Shown here in pieces: positions 56,404 to 64,000 of a stretch of 64,000 bases of DNA. Below the pieces are notes generated by a model, which saw only the letters and a list, made by a program, of their open reading frames with translations, made no database searches and was not told the DNA's origin. Made by a program: the position numbers and the translations under genes. This DNA is from Candidatus Latescibacterota bacterium (GTDB lineage: Bacteria; Krumholzibacteriota; Krumholzibacteriia; Krumholzibacteriales; Krumholzibacteriaceae), in contig JAHOYU010000078.1 in the NCBI GenBank assembly GCA_019038625.1, forward strand, positions 1,687 to 65,686, written 5' to 3'. Positions within the stretch are counted from its first letter, which is position 1. Each line of letters begins with the position of its first letter.

Positions 56404-57897
56404 ATGTATCGTTCTGTATTCACCTGTGTGCTGTTGTGTCTGACCGTGTCAATCCTGTCGGTGACTGCTGTCGGCGAAGACGTAGCGGACGTCGAGAACG
56501 AGCTTGAAGCGCTGAGGCAGATCATAGCGGAAAAGGGGTACAGCTTTACAGTCGGGCGGACTCCCCTTACGGGACTCTCGAAAGAACAGCTGGCGCAAAG
56601 GACCGGTTTTATCCCGCCTTCGAAGGAGGAATGGGGTTCGCTGCCGCGGTTCGTGCCAGGCGCGCTCAGCTATCCCGGGGCAGATATCAGCGATCCGGTC
56701 TTCGACTGGAGGACTCTTGGCAATGTGACCGGAGTGAGGAACCAGGGCGCCTGTGGTTCGTGCTGGGCCTTCGCCGCGATAGCTCAGCTGGAGGGACATA
56801 TTGCCATCTATGACAACATGATGATGGATCTTTCCGAGCAGCATATAATCGATTGTAACGAGGACGAGAAAAACTGTGACGGCGGCAACGCCTATGCTGC
56901 TTATAAGCTCCTGCTTTCTTTCGGCTCCGTGACAGAGGACTGTATTCCATATACCCAGTCGGACGAAGGAGAGTGCGGGCAGGCCTTCTGCACTTCTGTC
57001 GCGGTCATTGCGGATTATCCAGATGTGGAAGACTTCAATGTCACAGCGATCAAGACGGCGCTTCTGAGCGGACCTGTCTATACGGCGATCAGGACGAGCG
57101 CTTTATTTAATAGCTACATCGAAGGATGTTTCGATTATAACGACACTAACAATTACCCGGATCATGCCGTGCTGATAGTCGGATGGGACGACACGGCCTG
57201 CGATGAAGGGGGAGCCTGGATCGTTAAGAACAGCTGGGGGGAGGGCTGGGGCGAGGATGGATTTATGCATATCAAGTACGGTGTAAGTTACATAGGGATG
57301 TACGTTTCACAGATCCTGTATTCGCCTTTCGTAAGCCTGACCTCTCCAAACGGAGGGCAGACGATCTATGGGGATACGGAGTACAGGATCCAGTGGAGCA
57401 ATCCCGGGATCGAACCGGACTCCGTCTCGCTTGCGTACAGCATCGGCGGTGCTGCCGGGCCATTCGACAACCCGATAGTCTCCGGGCTGACAGGAGTCGA
57501 GACTTACCTGTGGACCGTTCCCGAGATAACGAGCGAATCGGTCATGGTGAGGGTAACGGCCTGGCTGGACGGCGATATCAGGGCGTATGACCTCAGCGAC
57601 GAAGTATTCGAGATCGCAGCATTTTCAAATACTGCCTCATCCTATCCCAATCCGTTCCAGGAAAAGATCAGCATCCTGTACGAGGTAGATTCTCCGGGGC
57701 GTGTAAAGATCACGATATTCGATGTGAGGGGTGGAGTGGTGAAAGTCGTGGAAGAGATCGACCGGGATACGGGCAATTATGTGGCGGAATGGGATGGAAC
57801 GGAAGCTGACGGCGCTCCGGCAAATCCAGGTGTCTATTTCTATCTTCTCGATGCGCCGGGAACGACACGGTCAGAGAAGATCATCCTGTTGCGTTAG
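56404..57897 (+). CDS. Secreted papain-family (C1A) cysteine peptidase with Ig-like and FlgD/CTD tail
   Basis: QGACGSCWAF, DHAVLIVGW, KNSWG; SPNGG; YPNPF..WDG..GVYF..KIILLR. Confidence 0.92.
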   Translation: MYRSVFTCVLLCLTVSILSVTAVGEDVADVENELEALRQIIAEKGYSFTVGRTPLTGLSKEQLAQRTGFIPPSKEEWGSLPRFVPGALSYPGADISDPVFDWRTLGNVTGVRNQGACGSCWAFAAIAQLEGHIAIYDNMMMDLSEQHIIDCNEDEKNCDGGNAYAAYKLLLSFGSVTEDCIPYTQSDEGECGQAFCTSVAVIADYPDVEDFNVTAIKTALLSGPVYTAIRTSALFNSYIEGCFDYNDTNNYPDHAVLIVGWDDTACDEGGAWIVKNSWGEGWGEDGFMHIKYGVSYIGMYVSQILYSPFVSLTSPNGGQTIYGDTEYRIQWSNPGIEPDSVSLAYSIGGAAGPFDNPIVSGLTGVETYLWTVPEITSESVMVRVTAWLDGDIRAYDLSDEVFEIAAFSNTASSYPNPFQEKISILYEVDSPGRVKITIFDVRGGVVKVVEEIDRDTGNYVAEWDGTEADGAPANPGVYFYLLDAPGTTRSEKIILLR

Positions 57898-57968
57898 CCC
57901 GATCTGGTCCCGTCTCCATGGGCGACACCTTTTCTCCGATGGCCGCGGCCTGCAGAACGGCACCGTCC

Positions 57969-60900
57969 CTAGAACAGGCTGCTGAATCCTATCGTCCAGC
58001 GCATGTCCCAGTTCTCCGTCTCTCCGCTGATCTCCGGATGACTCAGATAGAAGGGGAATTCGGCCGTGATGTTCCAGATCTTTATGCCGATTCCGGCATC
58101 CTGAAGCACATAGTCAAAAGCGTTTTCTCCAAGTCTTTCTCCGACTTCATCCGGAAGAGCTTCGAGTGGGTCTTCGCCGAGAGCCTTGCCGTAATCGTAG
58201 AAGAGGTACAGCTCGGGACGCAGTGCATTCGAGAGCTTTTTCCCCAGGGGGAGGAAGGGCAGCTTCAGCTCGATATTCGACGATACGATAGACTTGAAAC
58301 TGAAGTCTCCGTCGAAATATCCGCGAAGATTGGCATCTCCCGCTACATGAAAATTGTTGTAGTAGTCTTCCGGGAAAGCGCCCTTGCTTCTCAGCCAGAA
58401 GAAGTCCTCTTTGTCGACCGGACCGGCTCCTGCCAGGTTGAACATCTCCTGAAGAGGGGGGTCCATGGTGGCCCTGCCGAAGAACAGTCTCATCCTCGGC
58501 TCGATGGGCAGGGGCCAGAATCTGGAGGGCCATATTCTGGCGTTGAACGTCAATTTTTCATAACTGAAGTCACTGCCGTAGAACGACCGTTCGAGTCCGA
58601 GAAAGAAAGAGGTGTTGAATACGTCGGTCTTCGGGTAAGAGGCGATGAACAGGGACGATTTGATGTTCGGGCCTTCCTCATACATGCCGGGATATACATA
58701 GTCGGGGTCTGTGAGTTCCTGATAGCCGAGCTTGAGAGTGTAATGTTTGGTAAGAGGCTCGGAAAGGTGTTTGCGCCTCGTCTTGAAGATCGAAAGACTA
58801 GCCCCCTGCCTGCCTTCCCTGTAATATCCGTCGATTTTCCAGTCGGCTTCCCTGCCGAAATAGGTCAGAGGGTTTTCGAAAGAACCATAGACATCAAACT
58901 CTCCACTTTCGAATCCGTAGAGTCCCTGGAGCGTGAAATTTTTATAGATACCGTCATAGCTGCCCTTCAGGCACAGCCCGGCTTTGCCCCCGTCGATATC
59001 GTTATAAAATCCGAGGGGACTCACCCTGAACTGATAGGCGTCAGATGGATAATAATCGCTCGGAAGAAGTTCGAACATAAGCTCGCGTTTCCTGGGCGCG
59101 AAGTTATCAAGGAGATAGATGTCGAGGATCTCGTTGTCCGGGTTGATAGCGACAGAGACAGGTTCTATCGGGAATGTGAAGGTGTTTTCGTATTCGCGCG
59201 GCATGCCGTCGACCCTCTCCGTGACCGTGTTACCGTTCTTCAGCCGGAAGGCCAGGGTAAGGGGCATCATCATCTCACTCTTCCGCTTCACCTTGACATC
59301 GGCGGTGAATCCGTCGGCAGATTCGGATACTTTGAAGCGATCCACCCTGTAATCGCAATTTTTTGTGGAATGGAGCCATTGAATAAAGAACTCCCCGAGG
59401 TCCTGCCCCGATATCTCTTCGCATACATCGAGGAAAGCGTCTTCGTCGACATGTTTGAATTTCCATTTTTCGAGGTATGTATGCATTATTCTGCGGAAAT
59501 CAGCGTCTCCCACATGATAACGCAGTGCTCTCATGAAAAGCGCGCCTTTCGTGTAGACCATCGTCCGCCCACAGTTATTAAACTCATGATAGGGCGTGGC
59601 GACACGCTCGGCGAATCCTGTACGGTGATAGTAGATGACCTGTCTTGAAAGCCTGTCCCAGATCTTGCGAGGTTTAAAGGACGACAGGAATGATTGCTCT
59701 TTCTCGTCACCATATGGCCCGAATTCGGTCTCTCTGCGGAGGTATGTCTGATAGGTCGTCATACCCTCGTCCATCCAGGCCTCTTCGCGTTCGTCGTTGG
59801 CCAGCATCCCATAGAACCAGTTGTGGCCTATCTCGTGAAGCATGAGGTCTTCATCGGCGGAGCCGTTCATGACCAGCATAGGATATTCCATCCCGCCACC
59901 GCTGTGTACATCGACGATGCTGATCTGTGGATATCCGTACGGGCCGGCGAAGTCTTCCATCCACTTCATACAGCGGACTCCCCTGGCGAGAGCGGAATCG
60001 GCCCAGGAGGAGTTCCATTTCCGGTAAAAGGACCGGATTTCGTACCCGTTGTATTCGGCCTTTTCCAGGGCGAATTCGGGGTCGGCGCACCAGGCGAAAT
60101 CGTGAACGTTTTCAGCTCTGAACTTCACTGTCTTTTCGTGTCCGTATGTATCGGAGGCATCAGCTGTTCCGGCCTGCCCGCCGGTTTCCTGAGCTTTTTC
60201 CCCCGCAGCGGCCAAAGCCTTTTCCCATCCGGCGTCTCCTGAGACGAGAATGCCTGTGGATGCGATGACAAATTCATCGGGGATCGTGATCTCGACATCG
60301 AAATCGCCGAATTCACCGTAGAACTCACCTTTTCTGAACTGGTCGGCGTGCCAGCCGTTTTTATCGTATACGACCATCTTGGGGTACCACTGGCCCAGGG
60401 CGTAGTGGTCTCCAAGGAAGCCGGATCTGCCAAGTTTCTTTCTCACCAGCTCGGAGAAATGTACCTCGATCGATACTGTCCTGCCAGGAACGAGGGGTCT
60501 TGGGAATGTCGCGCTCAGGATCGTCCCGTCAACATCGAACGAGAGACTGTCCCCGTTGACTGTAAGGCTGGTTATATCTATCCAGCCGCGTGCCGAACCG
60601 GTCAGGCCGACAAGGATGGTCCAGACCCCGGGAAGGTGATCTTCGATAAGGGGGGAGGCCTTTTCCCGGTAGGCGTTCGGGTAGAGGTGCAGGTAGAAGG
60701 CATCCAGTGTGTCCGGGGAATTATTGGTGTAACTTATGATATTCGATCCGGTCAGCATGTGTGTCTCGGGGTTCAGCGTGCACATGATCGAATTATCGGC
60801 CTTCTGTTGCCAGTAGGGATCTATGAGGTCCGGGATCTGCGTGGATTGTGCAGCTACCGTGGTTCCGTTCAGGGCGGTCTCGATGACCCCCGAAGAAACT

Positions 60901-60998
60901 TTTTCCGGCGATGCCAGGATCCCGGCGGCCAGAAAGGCTGTTATAGCCATCAAATGGATATATCTGGATATAAAGCTATTTCTCATCTCGTCATTCAT
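57969..60998 (-). CDS. M1-family aminopeptidase fused to a C-terminal Omp85-like beta-barrel
   Basis: GGMEYP, HEIGHNW..WMDEG, VYTKG; C-terminal LRGY, FYDYG, DAGIGI and terminal Phe. Confidence 0.85.
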   Translation of the reverse strand: MNDEMRNSFISRYIHLMAITAFLAAGILASPEKVSSGVIETALNGTTVAAQSTQIPDLIDPYWQQKADNSIMCTLNPETHMLTGSNIISYTNNSPDTLDAFYLHLYPNAYREKASPLIEDHLPGVWTILVGLTGSARGWIDITSLTVNGDSLSFDVDGTILSATFPRPLVPGRTVSIEVHFSELVRKKLGRSGFLGDHYALGQWYPKMVVYDKNGWHADQFRKGEFYGEFGDFDVEITIPDEFVIASTGILVSGDAGWEKALAAAGEKAQETGGQAGTADASDTYGHEKTVKFRAENVHDFAWCADPEFALEKAEYNGYEIRSFYRKWNSSWADSALARGVRCMKWMEDFAGPYGYPQISIVDVHSGGGMEYPMLVMNGSADEDLMLHEIGHNWFYGMLANDEREEAWMDEGMTTYQTYLRRETEFGPYGDEKEQSFLSSFKPRKIWDRLSRQVIYYHRTGFAERVATPYHEFNNCGRTMVYTKGALFMRALRYHVGDADFRRIMHTYLEKWKFKHVDEDAFLDVCEEISGQDLGEFFIQWLHSTKNCDYRVDRFKVSESADGFTADVKVKRKSEMMMPLTLAFRLKNGNTVTERVDGMPREYENTFTFPIEPVSVAINPDNEILDIYLLDNFAPRKRELMFELLPSDYYPSDAYQFRVSPLGFYNDIDGGKAGLCLKGSYDGIYKNFTLQGLYGFESGEFDVYGSFENPLTYFGREADWKIDGYYREGRQGASLSIFKTRRKHLSEPLTKHYTLKLGYQELTDPDYVYPGMYEEGPNIKSSLFIASYPKTDVFNTSFFLGLERSFYGSDFSYEKLTFNARIWPSRFWPLPIEPRMRLFFGRATMDPPLQEMFNLAGAGPVDKEDFFWLRSKGAFPEDYYNNFHVAGDANLRGYFDGDFSFKSIVSSNIELKLPFLPLGKKLSNALRPELYLFYDYGKALGEDPLEALPDEVGERLGENAFDYVLQDAGIGIKIWNITAEFPFYLSHPEISGETENWDMRWTIGFSSLF

Positions 60999-61287
60999 CC
61001 CTTCCAGGAAAGTCCTTCCGATACCCGGGTCCTATTCAACCAGCTGAAGTTAGCACAGTGATGCGGTCCAATCAAGCGGAATGGACCGTTGGCGGATCAG
61101 TCAATTGCCGGACGATATCCCCGGCCTGAACAATGGGGTACCCTATTTACTCCTATTCCCACCGGAGTGGACCATTTTGCTTGTAAGACAGGAAATCGCC
61201 TGATAATATTCTTCTTTACGCTGGTATCCATATTCGGCCCGGCGATAATCAAGAGAACATGGCAAGGTATTCCTGGAAGGAGGAAGG

Positions 61288-63183
61288 ATGCTCAGAAAAG
61301 GAAGGAGTCTTTTCCTGTCGGCCCTGGTGATTTCGTTCACCATTCTGCTGGTTCAGCCAGCTGGTCAGTGCCAGACGCTGGAGGAAAAGGTCAATGAGTT
61401 CGAACTCGATAACGGGATGAAATTCCTGGTCGTCGAGAGGCATGAAGCCCCAGTGGCGTTCTGCGCGATAGTATTCAATGTGGGGTCTGCCAATGAATGG
61501 CCCAATGTGACGGGGATATCTCATCTTCTCGAACACATGATGTTCAAAGGTACGAAGATGTTGGGAACGAGCGACTACAAGAAAGAGATCCCCTACATAG
61601 AAAAGACCGACGAGCTTGGCGAGATGACTATAGAACTTCGCAAGGAGCTGGGGGAATGGCGCTTCGAAGCGTTCAAGGAATTCCGCGAGACCATCATCGC
61701 CGGCTTTACCGAAGAGGAGACAGAGAAAGCCGGGACAAACAAATATACACAGAACCTTATTCTCGTAGAGAAGATCCGGGCGATGGAAAGCCTTCCCGAA
61801 GAGCTTACATCGAGAAAGTACCTTCTTGAGAAAGACGGCGTCGATTATCTCGAGAAGTATCTGGAATACGAGCAGACATGGGGAGAGATCGTAAGGCTGA
61901 CGGACGAACAGCGCACCCGGTTCGTTGTGAACAACGAACTGTGGGAGACATATATGAACAACGGGTCCCGCATGCTCAACGCGGGAACGTCCTATGATTT
62001 CACCGTCTATTTCGTCTATCTGCCCACCAACAGGCTCGAACTCTGGATGACGATGGAATCAGACCGTATGGATTCTGCCATTTTCAGGGAGTTCTGGATC
62101 GAAAGGGACGTCGTCATGGAAGAGCGGCGGCTGGCCGACAACGATCCCGACGATGTGCTCGACGAAGCATTCAACTCGGTGGCGTTCACCGCCTGTCCCT
62201 ACAAGTGGCCCGTTCTTGGCTGGATGAGCGATCTGCAGACGATCGACAGAAAGGAACTCGCCGAATATCACAAGACCTTCTATGCTCCGAATAACGCGAC
62301 TGCGGTCATAGTGGGTGATGTGGATGTAAAGACTGTCAGGAAGATGGCAAAGAAATATTTCGAGTCGATTTCTGACCAGGAACCACCTCCTCCGCTGGAG
62401 ACGAGAGAACCGAAGCAGCAGGGCGAAAGACGTCTCGTGATCGAACATGATGCGAATCCGAAATTGATGGTCGGTTATCACAAGCCTATTCATCCCGACC
62501 CGGAATCGGTCGTATTCGACGTCATGACCAGCGTGCTGGCCGGTGGCCGGACTTCGAGGCTGTATAAGTCGATATTCGAGGATAAGAAACTCACGGCTGA
62601 GCCGGTGAGAGTCTATACGGGTCCAGGCGAGAGATACGACAACCTCCTGATGTTCACCGCCGAGCCCAGGCATCCTCACACGCTCGAGGAAGTCGAGGCC
62701 GCGATCTACGAAGAGATTGAAAAGCTCAAGACAGAGCCGGTGACCGATAGAGAGCTGCAGAGGATACTCAACCAGCTCGACTCACAGATGGTCCAGCAGC
62801 TCGGATCGAATCTCGGCATCGCGTTCACCGTGCTTATGGGCGAGATCTTCCGTGGCGACTGGCACGCGATGTTCCGGCAGTACGATATGACGAAGGAAGT
62901 CACGGCTGAGGACGTGATGAAGGTAGCTGAAAAATATCTGATAGAGAGCAACAGGACTGTTGGCTGGAGAGTGAAGATCGAAAAAGAAGAAGGCGAAGAA
63001 GGGGGAGAAGCGGGAGATGAAGTCGATCAGCAGGCTCTAAGGGCATGGGTCATGTCCCTGCCACCAGATGAACAGGCGGAGGTCATACAGAAATTCCAGA
63101 GCATGAGGTCGGAAGCCGAAGCGATGGAATATATGAAAGAACTATGGGAACGCGTAAAAGCGTCCGGCGCGGTAAAGGAATAA
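61288..63183 (+). CDS. M16 (pitrilysin) peptidase, catalytic subunit
   Basis: Signal peptide, LDNGM, HLLEHMMFKGT, ERDVVMEER, FYAPNNA, SRLY. Confidence 0.92.
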   Translation: MLRKGRSLFLSALVISFTILLVQPAGQCQTLEEKVNEFELDNGMKFLVVERHEAPVAFCAIVFNVGSANEWPNVTGISHLLEHMMFKGTKMLGTSDYKKEIPYIEKTDELGEMTIELRKELGEWRFEAFKEFRETIIAGFTEEETEKAGTNKYTQNLILVEKIRAMESLPEELTSRKYLLEKDGVDYLEKYLEYEQTWGEIVRLTDEQRTRFVVNNELWETYMNNGSRMLNAGTSYDFTVYFVYLPTNRLELWMTMESDRMDSAIFREFWIERDVVMEERRLADNDPDDVLDEAFNSVAFTACPYKWPVLGWMSDLQTIDRKELAEYHKTFYAPNNATAVIVGDVDVKTVRKMAKKYFESISDQEPPPPLETREPKQQGERRLVIEHDANPKLMVGYHKPIHPDPESVVFDVMTSVLAGGRTSRLYKSIFEDKKLTAEPVRVYTGPGERYDNLLMFTAEPRHPHTLEEVEAAIYEEIEKLKTEPVTDRELQRILNQLDSQMVQQLGSNLGIAFTVLMGEIFRGDWHAMFRQYDMTKEVTAEDVMKVAEKYLIESNRTVGWRVKIEKEEGEEGGEAGDEVDQQALRAWVMSLPPDEQAEVIQKFQSMRSEAEAMEYMKELWERVKASGAVKE

Positions 63184-63204
63184 GACCGGAAAGGAAAGAT
63201 GACG

Positions 63205-64000
63205 ATGAAAAGAAAGATCCTCATTATAGTCCTGGTGGCAGTCCTTGCCGGCATGCTTGCGACGCCGTTGACGGCAGGAAGAAAGCATCCGAGCAAGCTC
63301 AAGTATCCCGACCTCGAAGTCCAGGTTCCCGAGGTCATGGATATTTCCTTTCCCAACGGGATGAAAGGTTTCATGATCGAGGACCACGAGATCCCCGCGG
63401 TGAATATTGTGATCCTTTTCAAGACCTATTTTCCCGAGAAGGAAAAATACGGATTGAACGAATTGGCCCGCTGGGTCATGCGTAACGGGGGCAGCGAGAG
63501 CTGGCCGGCCGACAAGCTGAACGACGAGCTCGAATTTCTGCCGGCGCAGGTCGAGTTTTTCGGAGGAGATCTCAGCACGAGCGTTTTTATCAACTGCATG
63601 AAGAAAGATCTGGAAAACGTTCTGGGCATACTCGCCGATGTGGTTACCAATCCCTCCTTCCCGGAGGAAAAGGTACAGAAGAAGAAAGACGATATGCTCG
63701 AGGACATACGAAGAAAGAACGACCAGCCGAGAAACATCGTCAACAGGGAGTTCAATAAACTGTTGTACGGTGACCACCCCTACAGCTGGGAGACGGAAGA
63801 GGCGTCGATATCGTCAGTGACCAGAGACGACCTCGTAGCTTTTCATCGCGCCTGGTTCGTTCCGAACAATGCCCTGATCGGTATCAGTGGAGATGTCACC
63901 AAGCCTGAGATCGAAAAACTGATAAGCGAGGCGTTTACCGGATGGGAGCAGGGCGAAGTGAATATCCCGCAGGTTCCGGATGTGGGTGGCAGTCCCGATC
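63205..64000 (+). CDS. M16 peptidase partner subunit, 3'-truncated by the window edge
   Basis: Signal peptide, FPNGM..EDHEIP, NPSFP, LYGDHPY, FVPNNA..GD; no HxxEH seen; frame is open to the end. Confidence 0.85.
   Translation, partial: MKRKILIIVLVAVLAGMLATPLTAGRKHPSKLKYPDLEVQVPEVMDISFPNGMKGFMIEDHEIPAVNIVILFKTYFPEKEKYGLNELARWVMRNGGSESWPADKLNDELEFLPAQVEFFGGDLSTSVFINCMKKDLENVLGILADVVTNPSFPEEKVQKKKDDMLEDIRRKNDQPRNIVNREFNKLLYGDHPYSWETEEASISSVTRDDLVAFHRAWFVPNNALIGISGDVTKPEIEKLISEAFTGWEQGEVNIPQVPDVGGSPD

Noticed and set aside
57918..59648. 576-aa plus-strand ORF
   Set aside because: Antisense shadow of the motif-rich M1 peptidase gene; no recognisable motifs
1..64000. CRISPR arrays, IS elements, prophage, tRNA or rRNA genes
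   Set aside because: No spaced direct repeats, transposase, integrase or phage motifs, or cloverleaf/rRNA signatures were seen; intergenic gaps are short

Overview
Gene-dense window from an anaerobic, probably diderm, peptide-fermenting bacterium. A C-terminal SWGxIK protein and a FlgD/CTD-tailed protease suggest Krumholzibacteriota/Latescibacterota-like affiliation; this is inference only. No rRNA, tRNA, CRISPR or transposase was seen. Positions 1-21490 form a co-directional redox supercluster: a rhodanese-DsrE-TusA sulfur relay, three MvhD/FlxD, six HdrA-type FAD modules, FlxABC, HdrC and an FrhB-like protein, with no HdrB in view. Its last HdrA is split in two, with a NuoE/NuoF/NuoG(N) (HydABC/Bfu-like) module inserted into and fused to it. 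Positions 21802-36517 encode a complete Mrp/Mbh-type group 4 [NiFe] hydrogenase with an NAD(P)H-type input module and a maturation protease. The rest holds iorAB, a cytoplasmic RdhA-like protein, small envelope genes and pyk. It also holds an orphan structured ncRNA candidate, a citrate lyase whose fused ACP lacks the prosthetic-group serine, pckA, a small secreted ORF paired with a TPR-sigma54 activator, and C1A, M1 (fused to an Omp85-like barrel) and M16 peptidases. All family calls come from motif recognition by eye; no database searches were run.
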